Part shown: piece by piece, positions 11,284 through 22,221 of the stretch
How positions within the stretch are numbered: the first letter of the stretch is position 1
Layout of the letters: every line of letters starts with the position of its first letter
Assembly: GCF_032191835.1 (NCBI RefSeq)
Contig: NW_026800309.1
Coordinates: 62,001 to 126,000, forward strand
DNA: 64,000 bases
Origin: Heteronotia binoei
Taxonomy: Eukaryota
Direction: 5' to 3'
Translations under genes and position numbers: made by a program
Notes under the pieces: generated by a model
The model's input: the letters and a program-made list of their open reading frames with translations, nothing else
Told to the model about the DNA's origin: nothing
The model's database searches: none

Positions 11284-11398
11284 TCTTTGGGGCAGCCTTT
11301 CATTGCTGGCCCTTTGGTCGTGCCCAAGTTGGCCTGCTTCTAGAGAACAGTGTCGTATTCAGAATCCTAAAGGCGTGGCTTCTTTCCTGCCGGCCCAG

Positions 11399-11563
11399 TT
11401 TGTGGCCCACCCCATCTGCCAGCAAGTCCTGTCCTCCATCTGGTGCGGGAGCCTGCAGAGCTGGCGGGGCAGCAACAGTGCCTGGAAGGTCTTCATCTCC
11501 TGCGCCATCTTCCTCCTGATGCCCCTCTTGTGCCTGGTCTACTGGGTGGCCCCCAAGTCCAAG
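11399..11563 (+). pseudogene. TRPC2: Isolated TRPC2-like coding exon (55 codons, phase 0 both ends)
   Basis: cag|FVAHPICQQVLSSIWCGSLQSWRGSNSAWKVFISCAIFLLMPLLCLVYWVAPKSK|gtgagt; closely resembles recalled mammalian TRPC2 FVAHPICQQVLSSIWCGNLAGWRGS...YWLAPKS; no other TRPC2 exon recognised in the window. Confidence 0.8.
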
Positions 11564-11724
11564 GTGAGTGGATCCCGCGCAGGTGTGCAGTTAGGCGGAA
11601 GCGAATCCCCAGCGTGTCCAAAGTCCCTCTTGCCAGGATATTTGAAGCTGTGCAGGGCCCAGGCTTTGCGTGTCATTGTGCACTGGACTCAAGTGAAGTA
11701 GGGTGGCCAAGTCCAACTCAAAAA

Positions 11725-12310
11725 ATATCTGGGGACTTTGGGGGTGGAGCCGGGAGGCCTTGGGAGTGGAGCCAGGAGACTTTGGGGGTAGAGCCAGGAG
11801 ACTTTTGGGGGTGGAGCCAGGAGACTTTGGGGGTAGAGCCGGGAGACTTTGGGGGTGGAGCCAGGAGACTTTGGGGGGTAGAGCCGGGAGACTTTGGGGG
11901 TGGAGCCAGGAGACTTTGGGGGTAGAGCCGGGAGACTTTGGGGGTGGGGCCAGGAGACTTTGGGGGTAGAGCCGGGAGACTTTGGGGGTGGAGCCAGGAG
12001 ACTTTGGGGGTAGAGCCGGGAGACTTTGGGGGTGGAGCCAGGAGACTTTGGGGGTGGCGCCGGGAGACTTTGGGGGTGGAGCCGGGAGACTTTGGGGGTG
12101 GAGCCGGGAGACTGTGGGGGTGGAGCTGGGAGGCTTTGGGGGTGGAGCCGGGAGACTGTGGGGGGTGGAGCCGGGAGACTTTGGGGGTGGAGCCGGGAGA
12201 CTGTGGGGGTGGAGCTGGGAGACTTTGGGGGTGGAGCTGGGATACTTTGGGGGTAGAGCCAGGAGACTTTGGGGGTGGAGCCGGGAAACTTTGGGGGTGG
12301 AGCCAGGAGC
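11725..12310 (+). repeat. G-rich ~21-bp minisatellite (GGAGCCRGGAGACTTTGGGGGT)n, ~28 units
   Basis: Direct inspection; other copies of this MITE carry only ~2 units. Confidence 0.95.
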
Positions 12311-12372
12311 AAGGGTGTGACAAGCATTATTGAACTCCAAAGGGAATTCTGGCCATCACATTTAAAGGGACG

Positions 12373-12563
12373 AAGTTGCACCTTTAAGACCAACCCATTT
12401 TTATTTAGAAGGTCAGCTTCTGTGTGCTCTTAAGCACACTTCATCAAACGAAAGCGCTAACGAAAGCTGACGTTCTAAATAAAAATCGGTTGGTCTTAAA
12501 GGTACACTTGACTCCTGCTTTGTTCAACTGCTTCAGCCCAAGACGGCTGCCCGCCTGGATCTA
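12373..12563. mobile_element. Second, internally deleted fold-back Penelope element with degenerate hammerhead
   Basis: Inverted arms ~12373-12509; same terminus as 4371-4633; TTTAAAGGGACG/TTTAAAGTGAACG flanking duplication. Confidence 0.75.
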
Positions 12564-13019
12564 TTTAAAGTGAACGCACACCTTTTAAATGCTTTCCCTG
12601 CATTGGAAAGAATGAAGGACAGGGGCACCTTCTTTGGGGGCTCGTAGAATTGGACCCCGTGGTCCAATCCTTTCGAAACTTGGGGGGCATTCTGGGGAGA
12701 GGCACTGGATGCTATGCTGAAAATTTGGTGCCTCTACCTCAGAAAACAATCTCCCAGAGCCCTACAGATCAATTGTCCATTATTTCAAATTTCTTTAATC
12801 GATCCACATATGGAATCAAGGAGCGCCCAGCAGACATTTCCCCCCCTCCCTCCCGCCTTCTGATGACCCTGAAGCGGGGGGAGGCCTCCGATCCGGGGGA
12901 TCCCCTGCCCCCACCTGGGGATTGGCAACCCTAGGGAGCAACAGCAAACAGCCAGCCTTTATTGGCAAAAAGCGCTGAGGGCAGCAGGGCAACGTCTGTG
13001 GAAGAGCAGCAAGCCGAAG

Positions 13020-13273
13020 GAGGGTGCCTGGCCCAGGGCCCACGTGTGGCGGCGGGGACTCGAACTCGCGAGGCGCTTGGGGCTTCCTTCGCCGAGGAGG
13101 AGGGGCAGGGGGCGGGGCCCCTCTAGGACTCCAGCTGCCCGCGCGGCTTCCGCCCCCCTCTATGGCCGGCGTGGGGGCGGGCGGGGCCTCGGCGGAGACG
13201 TCACTTCCGGGCGGCAGGCACGAGGTGTCCCGGCGTCCCCCGCGCGGCCTCTTTCCGACTCGGGCGGCCCAAG
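13020..13273 (+). promoter_or_regulatory. RPS11: RPS11 CpG-island promoter with GC boxes, ETS/CRE site, TCT/5'TOP initiator and YY1 site
   Basis: GACGTCACTTCCGG 13197-13210; CTCTTTCC from 13249; AAGATGGCGG over the start codon. Confidence 0.85.
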
Positions 13274-13288
13274 ATGGCGGACACGCAG
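13274..13288 (+). CDS. RPS11: 40S ribosomal protein S11 (uS17) exon 1 (MADTQ)
   Basis: ATGGCGGACACGCAG|GT; in frame with exons 2-5, total 477 nt = 158 aa + stop. Confidence 0.95.
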
Positions 13289-13454
13289 GTGGGAGCTGCG
13301 GCGGCCCTGCAGGGAGTCAGGGGATGGCTGGGCCGCCTCCGGGCTCCTCCCGCCTTGGCTGCGCGTGGCTGGGCCGGGGAGCTGGGGGGCAGGGCGCCTC
13401 TGCCGCACGCCTTGGCCTGGCCCGCGTGGGGGGGGGGGGCTCCTGCTGCTGCTG

Positions 13455-13700
13455 GGGTTGCCAATCCCCAGGAGGGGGCAGGGGATCCCCCGGTTTGGAG
13501 CCGCCCCCCCCCCACTGCAGGGTCATCAGAGGGAGGGGCACGCCATTATAGCCTATGGAGACCGATTCCCGTAGGGTGGAATGGGGGATTGATCTGCATG
13601 TATCTGGGGAGGCTGGCTTTGAGGTAGAGGCACCGAGTTTTCAGCATAGCACCCAGCGCCTCTCTTCGAAGCACCCTCCAAGTTTCAAAGACGGGTCCGG
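13455..13700 (-). mobile_element. Partial hAT MITE, inverted relative to 11699-12933
   Basis: GGGGTTGCCAATCCCCAGG... is the reverse complement of the MITE right end. Confidence 0.75.
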
Positions 13701-13719
13701 TTCTATGAGTCTGGTGTTC

Positions 13720-14585
13720 AGTTTTGGGCACCACAATCTAGACAAGCTGGAACGGGTCCAGAGGAGGGCGACGAAGATGGTGAGGGCTCTGGAGACCAAG
13801 TCCTATGAGGAAAGGCTGAAGGAGCTGGGGATGTTTAGCCTGGAGAGGAGGCAGCTGAGAGGTGATAGGATCACCATCTTCAAGTCCTTGAAGGGCTGTC
13901 CTAGAGGGGATGAGGGGTCTGGAGACCAAGTCCTGTGAGGAAAGGTTGACTGAGCTAGAGGACGGGAACAAAGATGGTGAGGGGTCTGGAGACCAAGTCC
14001 TATGAGAAAAGGTTGACGGAGCTGGGCCTGCTTAGCCTGGAGAGGAGGTGGCTGAGAGGTGATCGGATCACCATCTTCAAGGACTTGGAATCATAGCGTT
14101 GGGACCTCTAGGGTCATCTAGTCCAACCCGCTGCACAATGCAGGAAACTCACAAATACTTGAAGGGCTGTCATCTAGAGGATGGTGTGGGATTGTTTTCT
14201 GTGGCCCCAGAAGGTAGGACCAAAACCAGTGGGTTGAAATTAAATCCAAAGAGTTTCCGGGGTAGATAAAAGAAGTTTTTAAAGATGTAAGAAATAGATT
14301 TATTACCATATGTTACCAATAAAATTGTTTTAAACATCTAAAAGAGTTTCCGGCTCAACATTAGGAAGAACTTCCTGACTGAGAGTGATTCCTCAGTGGG
14401 ACAGGCTTCCTCGGGAGGTGGTGGGCTCTCCTTCCTTGGAGGTTTTTCAACAGAGGCTGGATGGCCATCTGACAGCAATGAAGATCCTGTGAATTTAGGG
14501 GGAGGCGTTTGTGAGTTTCCTCCATTGTGCACGGGGTTGGATTAGATGACCCTAGAGGTCCCTTCCAACTCTAGGATTCTATGAG
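13720..14585 (+). mobile_element. Fragmented CR1 3' region with internal duplications
   Basis: Encodes [43 protein letters not shown] (CR1 RT C-terminus). Confidence 0.9.
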
Positions 14586-14680
14586 TCCCCAAAGAAGGAC
14601 TCCTTCATTATTTCCAGTGGAGGGGAGGCATTTAAAAGGTGTGTGGTCTCTTTAAATTTGATGGCCACAATTCCCTTTAG

Positions 14681-14992
<312 letters not shown>

Positions 14993-15084
14993 TAAAAGTG
15001 TATGACATTCATTTGTTTTCATTAGTTGCTTCATTCTGGACTCTGTTTTTCTCCCTAAGGGAGACCAAAAGCAGTTTTGGACAT

Positions 15085-15295
15085 ATGGACATCTGAAGTG
15101 GCCTTATACTGAATCAGACCCTTGGTCCATCAAAGTCAGTATTGTCTACTCAGACTGGCAGTGGCTCTCCAGGGTCTCAAGCTGAGGTTTTTCACGCCTA
15201 TTTGCCTGGACCCTTTTTTGGAGATGCCAGGGATTGAGCCTGGGACCTTCTGCTTACCAAGCAGATGCTCTGCCACTGAGCCACCGTCCCTCCCC
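15085..15295 (-). mobile_element. Single tRNA-derived SINE (same family as the 1-1670 array); another copy at ~30800-31005
   Basis: Reverse complement of GGCTCAGTGGCAGAGCATCTGCTTGGTAAGCAGAAGGTCCCAGG. Confidence 0.85.
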
Positions 15296-15674
15296 TAAAG
15301 TTTTTGTTGTTCCCCAATACTCCCACCTTTATCTTCACAGCAACAAGCCCATGAAGCAGGTTAGGCTGAGAGACTGTAAGTGGCCCAAGGCCACCCAACA
15401 GACTTCCATGACAGATTGAGAATTCAAACCTTGGGCTCCCAGATCCACTCCAGGATGCGGTCTCATAAATGGGCAGCAGAACTAAAAGGGAGAGAAAGGT
15501 TGCCTTTTTTCCTTTTCTTTTTTGCTGAGTGAGTAGCTCAGGTTCTCTCTGTCAGGACTTCTTTGTATCTCTGCAACAAAAACGGCTGCTTGTTTGGCAA
15601 CGTATGTGGGAAGGTTTAGTAGCTGAAGAAGGAAAACCTTTGCGTGCTCCAGCCACTTGAAAGCATTTCTTTGT

Positions 15675-15770
15675 GCTGACTCATGATGTACAATCTCACG
15701 ATGGTCTTCCAAGCCCCACTGATGAAGGGGTTTTGACGAGAGCGGCCAAAAGGCCTTGACTGAAGTCAGC
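15675..15770 (+). ncRNA. SNORD35: C/D box snoRNA, U35/SNORD35 family (RPS11 intron 2)
   Basis: Box C ATGATGT 15683, guide ATCTCACGATGGTCT (complementary to 28S AGACCGUCGUGAGA), box D CTGA 15760, 7-bp terminal stem GCTGACT/AGTCAGC. Confidence 0.85.
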
Positions 15771-16472
15771 TCATTTGGACTGATGCAAAAGAATGAAGTG
15801 GCTCTTGATGTCAAATGCATTAGGTAGGCCCCAGAACTAGCAGCCTTGCGCCTGGGCTTGACTACTCAGACTGCTGGTGAGGGCTGACCTGGTTAAACAA
15901 GATATCACTTATATTTATTTACATTATGTTTAAGTTTCTGACACAAGCAGACACAGTGAATCAATACAGTCAACAGATGGGAGAATCATTAAACAGGCAA
16001 ATAGAATTAAGAGTGTAGAAACATCTAGAAGTCTAAAAACAGGATTGAAAAAAAAGTATAAGTATTAATATGAGGTGCTAAGCAATGCAAAATTCCATAG
16101 CAGCATCCTAGTTTAAGCAAGCTATGAACAGGAGTACAGACCGCAGTCTGATAATTTTTCCAGGTAACTTTGTGAATAATTTAGCACAGTGCAGTTCTAT
16201 AAATGCAAGTGCAGGCAGTATTTTAGCTGTATGGAGATTGATTCTGTCTTTATTGTTAGCAGTTTGAAGCAATAACTGTGCAGCCTTAGATTTGCTTCCT
16301 CTGTGTGAAGCTAGGCCTCTTTTCTGTATGTCTGCTTAGAAAGGGATTTGTTGAGAAGCTGTTTCTAGGAAGCTGAAGTGTTGTGCTGCAGGGAGGTTGG
16401 GAATAGTGCTTCTTCCCCACCCCCCAAATCTTGGGACTTTGCTGATAAAACTATCTCTGGTTTTTCTCCTAG

Positions 16473-16766
<294 letters not shown>

Positions 16767-17224
16767 TAATTTTTGTACAATTTTATTCGATATTTATATC
16801 CTGCTTTTCTTTTCAGCGGGGACTAAAATGATCTTGCATCATTATTTTCCCTTCTATCCTATCTGGGTTCTTAATTCTTGGAGATATTAGCAGGATGCTC
16901 TTGCAGCCAGTTCTGGCGCATCTTCCTGGTATCACAGGACTAGATGAAACACTAGGCTTCCGTTTTTGGTTATCGGTTTCTTCTTTTGGGTGTTGCACAT
17001 CTTAGCAGGAGTGAAACAGAGGGGGCCACGAGGGATAAGTTAACTGCTGCAGTAAGCTGCTGCGTCTGCGTATCAACCACCACCACCGCCTTTATTGGCA
17101 TTGTACACGAAGAAGTGTCTGCATATCAAGGTGGTGAGTTGGGTCACTTCGCAACTGTAGGCAGTGCTGCACCGCCCCCACCTTGTGCCATGATGGCCAC
17201 ATCCGCCCCCCCAGTCCTTGAGCT

Positions 17225-17309
17225 GCAAGTGATGTTTCTTCTCACGATGGTCTGCTGAACCCCCGTGGTGAGGGGCTCTGATGAAATTGCCCAGTGGCTT
17301 AACTGATGC
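17225..17309 (+). ncRNA. SNORD35: C/D box snoRNA, U35/SNORD35 family (RPS11 intron 3)
   Basis: Box C GTGATGT 17229, guide CTCACGATGGTCT, D' CTGA 17255, C' CTGATGA 17278, box D CTGA 17303. Confidence 0.9.
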
Positions 17310-17549
17310 TGTTTGAAGGACATGAAGGGCGTGTGAGCGGGTGCAGTTAGCCAAACCACAAGGGGGTGGCACTGTTGGAAAGGGTAGCATGCGCAGACTG
17401 TAGTGGAACGAAAGAGTAACCATTCCTGTGATCCACATTAAAAACGTGGGAAGTTTTAATGTTTTGCTGCGTGGCTTTAAATTATGACTGTTATTTTGCA
17501 TTTAAATCATGTTTCCACACTGGTGACTTTGTCCTTTAGACCTTTATTG

Positions 17550-18000
17550 GCATTAATGTAAGGATACAGTATAGTTTAAAACCAACAGTAACACTATAGA
17601 ATATAATAAAACCTTAAAAACCAGCAAAAGTGAAATGACAAAAAATAGCTGCGGGCTATGCATGAGTAAAAGCCTCTCTGATTTGGATCGCAGCCTGTAA
17701 AAAGCAAGCAACGTGAGTAGTGACAAAGTTGTGTTTCCCGTGGAGTAAAAAGCGGACCTTGGCATTGTCAGAAAGGCCTTGATGGTCAGAGAGCAGAGCA
17801 TCTAGGTATCTTGCTTGTGGACTGCTATAGAAAGGGCAGTCCAGAAGAACATGAGGGACCGTTTCGATGACTCCTTGGCTACAAGGGCATCGTCTAAGAT
17901 TGTGGGGGATTCTGTGGTATCTTCCGAAGAGGATGGCCGATGGTAATGCATTGAATGTAGCCAGCATGAGTGGCCCTCAGTCTTTTGGATAAGATCAAGT
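17550..18000 (-). mobile_element. LINE 3' fragment with C-terminal zinc knuckle (clade uncertain)
   Basis: RRCPCSQGVIETVPHVLLDCPFY motif, followed by a GCCAATAAAGG-type end. Confidence 0.7.
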
Positions 18001-18202
18001 GCGATGTGGGGCTTTGTGCCTTTGCAAAAGGGTGACGGGCTGTCTGTCGCTAGGGATGACCCTGCCAACAGAAGCTGGGTGGCCATGGAATGCTGGGGCG
18101 TTGGCTTTCCTGTACTGCTTGGTGGGAGGGGGGTTGGACTAGACGGCCTTGCCACAGCCCCTTTGGGCTCTGACTCTCACATCCCTGGAGATGGGCGGGT
18201 GA

Positions 18203-18388
<186 letters not shown>

Positions 18389-18579
18389 TAAGGGCGTGCC
18401 AGCTTGGCCTTTGAGTGGACTGGCTCTTGAGGGCAGCTTGAAGATGCGATTGGTGCCCTTTGGGTGGTGTCTGTACCAGGGCTGCCTTCTCTCTGAGATC
18501 CCATAGAGCAGGAGTGGCCAGTGGTAGCTGTACAGATGTTTTTTGCCTACAACTCCCATCAGCCCCAGCCAGCATCTGC

Positions 18580-21153
18580 TTATCCGTAGACCATTTTAAA
18601 AGTAATTTATATAATTTTGAAATTAATTTTTCATTGTCTCCAAGCAGAACTTTTTCCATTTCTGTTTGCTCTTTTCTTATTCCTTCAGTTTTAATGTCAT
18701 TCTCCACCAAGCTCACTATTTGTTGCATTTGAAACCAATCATTTATTATTCAGTTCTTCAGCAGTTTTCAATTCTATTTTGCCACTTTGTATTTTTAATA
18801 GTTGATTATATGACAACCACTTTTCTTCACCCATCTCAGCTGTTATTTTTATCACTTCGGCTGGCACTATCCATAACGGTTTTCTCTCATCATATTTCTT
18901 ATATTTTATCCATGTATTTAGCAAGCTGTTTCTTATATAATGGTGAGAGAAAAAGCCGTCTATCTTTTTTCCCCCATAATACTTATAAGATGCCAGCCAA
19001 ATTTATTTCCATGACCTTCCAACGCTAAGAGTTTTTTGTTTAACAACATTATACATTCTTTTCTCCATATTAAGCAAACTGCTTCATGATATAATTTTAA
19101 GTCTGGTAATTGAAATCCACCTCTCTCTTTTGCATCTGTTAAAATTTTCATTTTAATTCTTGGTTTCTTCCCTGCCCACATAGACTCTGAAATTTTTCTT
19201 TGCCATCTATTAAATTGTTTACTGTCTTTCACAATCAGAATAGTTTGAAACAAATACATTATTCTTGGTAGAATATTCATTTTAATTGTGGCTATTCTAC
19301 CCAACAGTGAAAAATTGTTTATTCCACGTTAACATATCTTCATCCATTTTACGCCATAGCTTCTCATAATTATTTTTGAACAAATCAATATTCTTCATTG
19401 TTATCGCCACACCCAAATATTTTACCTTGGAGGTAACTTCACAGCCCGTTAGTCTCTGCAATTCTTGTTGCTTATTTATTTGCATATTTTTACATAGAAG
19501 TTTTGATTTTTCTTTATTAATACAAAGTCCCGCCAACTCCCCATATTCTTGTATTTTGGCTAACAACAAAGGTGTGACTTGTATGGGGTTTTCATTTATA
19601 AACATTATATCATCTGCAAATGCTCTGTATTTGTAAGTAAATCCTTTTACTTTTAATCCTTCTATTTCTTTATCTTCTTGAACTGGCAGAGACTGACCAA
19701 GAGAGAGATCTTGGGGTACTGGTAGATAACTCACTGAAAATGTCAAGACAGTGTGCGATTGCAATAAAAAAGGCCAACACCATGCTGGGAATTATTAGGA
19801 AGGGAATTGAAAACAAATCAGCCAGTATCATAATGCCCCTGTATAAATCGATGGTGAGGTCTCATTTGGAGTACTGTGTGCAGTTCTGGTCGCCGCACCT
19901 CAAAAAGGTTATTATAGCATTGGAGAAAGTCCAGAAAAGGGCAACTAGAATGATTAAAGGGCTGGAACACTTTCCTATGAAGAAAGGTTGAAACGCTTGG
20001 GACTTTTTAGCTTGGAGAAACGTCGACTGCGGGGGTGACATGATAGAGGTTTACAAGATAATGCATGGGATGGAGAAAGTAGAGAAAGAGGTACTTTTCT
20101 CCCTTTCTCACAATACAAGAACTTGTGGGCATTCAATGAAATTGCTGAGCAGACAGGTTAAAACGGATAAAAGGAAGTACTTCTTCACCCAAAGGGTGAT
20201 TAACATGTGGAATTCACTGCCACAGGAGGTGGTGGCGGCCACAAGCATGGCCACCTTCAAGAGGGGTTTAGATAAAAATATGGAGCAGAGGTCCATCAGT
20301 GGCTATTAGCCACAATGTGTGTGTGTGTATATATATATAAAAAAATTTTGGCCAGTGTGTGACACAGAGTGTTGGACTGGATGGGCCATTGGCCTGATCC
20401 AACATGGCTTCTCTTATGTTCTTATGAATTTGCATCAGTAATATTTCAAGAGTCATTATAAACAACAGTGGAGAAAGTGGACAACCTTGTCTTGTACCTT
20501 TACTAATTATCATGTCTTCTGTAAGATCAGCATTTATACATAACCTTGCATGTTGTTCAGTATATATTGCTTTTATCATTCTTATAAAGCTTTCTCCCAG
20601 CTCCCATTTTCTCCATTACTGCAAACATAAATTTAAATTGTCAAATGCTTTCTCTGCGCCCGCAAAGAATAATGCTACTTCCTTTTCTGGATGTCTTTCA
20701 TAATATTCTACAACATTTACAACAGTTCTGATATTGTCTCTTATTTGCCTTTTGGGAAGAAACCCCGCTTGGTCTTTCTTTATAAAAGTTATCAAATGTT
20801 GTTTAAACCGTTCTGCCAAGATTCTTGTATATATTTTATAGTCATTATTTAATAATTAAATTGGTCTATAATTTTTTACGTTCGTAACATCTCTATCTTC
20901 CTTTGGAATCAACGAAATAACAGCTTCCTTCCACGTATTTGGTATTTTCCCTTTTGTTCTTATCATATTCAGCAGTTTCTGAAGTTTCGGGATTAACTCC
21001 CCTTTGAGGGTTTTAAAAAATTTAGCTGTATATCCATCTGGCCCAGCTGCTTTTCCATTTTTCATTGCATTAATTGCTGCTTCAATTTCTATTTTTTCAA
21101 TGGGATCGTTCAAAACTTTTCGCATATTTTCTGCTACGGGTGCTGTTTTTAGA
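18580..21153 (-). mobile_element. L1-clade LINE ORF2 fragment in RPS11 intron 4, split by a CR1
   Basis: KAAGPDGY, KNYRPI, QAGFLPKRQIRDN, GTRQGCPLSPLLF, YRAFADD, KYLG and MNILPRIMYLFQ motifs in order on the - strand. Confidence 0.92.
19681..20424 (+). mobile_element. 5'-truncated CR1 inserted in the L1
   Basis: CR1 RT C-terminus plus TTATGTTCTTATG tail; the L1 frame (ILLMQI/QEDKEIEG) rejoins across it; TGAA shared at both junctions. Confidence 0.92.
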
Positions 21154-21184
21154 ATAAATGCTGACCTTACAGAAGACATGATAA

Positions 21185-21361
<177 letters not shown>

Positions 21362-21589
21362 AGTCTATTCTGGTTTGTTGGGATGTGCAAATAAACTTTT
21401 TGTAAAGACTCATCAGGCTGCTGAGTGATGTGATTGCTAAGGGGTGGGTGAAAGTACAATGCTTGTGGGCTTGCCCGTGGGAGGAGGTTTTGCTCAGCCC
21501 TGTTTAGAAGACTGGCCATGGCAGGTGTGTGTACACGCAACCTTAGGGAAGGGACGTAGCTCAGTGGGAGGGCTTGGGGGGGCCACAGT

Positions 21590-22221
21590 AGAGCTTCTAG
21601 TGTCCTGGCCCCACTGGTGGACCTCCTGATGGCGCCTGGGTTTTTTGACCACTGTGTGACACAGAGTGTTGGACTGGATGAGCCATTGGCCTGATCCAAC
21701 AGGGCTTCTCTTATGTGACACAGAGTGTTGGACTGGAGGGGCCACTGGCCTGATCCAACAGGGCTTCTCTTATGTTCTTATGTGACACGGAGTGTTGGAC
21801 TGGATGGGCCATTGGCCTGATCCAACAGGGCTTCTCTTATGTTCTTATGTGACACAGAGTGCTGGACTGGAGGGGCCATTGGCCTGATCCAACATGGCTT
21901 CTCTTATGTTCTTATGTGACACAGAGTATTGGACAGGATGGGCCATTGGCCTGATCCAACATGGCTTCTCTTATGTTCTTATGTGACACAGAGTATTGGA
22001 CAGGATGGGCCATTGGCCTGATCCAACATGGCTTCTCTTATGTTCTTATGAGACACAGAGTGTTGGACTGGAGGGGCCATTGGCCTGATCCAACAGAGCT
22101 TCTCTTATGTTCTTATATGACACCGAGTGCTGGACTGGAGGAGCCACTGGCCTGATCCAACATGGCTTCTCTTATGTTCTTATGAGACACAGAGTGTTGG
22201 ACTGGAGGGGCCATTGGCCTG
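21590..22221 (+). repeat. CR1 3' end followed by ~8 tandem 67-bp terminal units (continues at 23821-23960)
   Basis: TGACACAGAGTGTTGGACTGGA...CTTCTCTTATGTTCTTATG repeats. Confidence 0.9.

Larger units (their letters stand above)
11699..12933. mobile_element. hAT-type MITE containing an expanded minisatellite and a nested PLE palindrome
   Basis: TAGGGTGGCCAAG...TTGGCAACCCTA termini. Confidence 0.85.

Noticed and set aside
11591-12393. Long Pro/Ser/Lys-rich and Gly-rich ORFs (200-250 aa)
   Set aside because: Artefacts of the stop-free G-rich minisatellite being open in several frames
10808-12933. Composite transposon carrying the TRPC2 exon
   Set aside because: Outer flanks (GCAATTGC / GGGAGCAA) give no 8-bp TSD
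13024-13627. Overlapping 100-176 aa ORFs
   Set aside because: GC-rich CpG island lacking stops; only MADTQ belongs to RPS11
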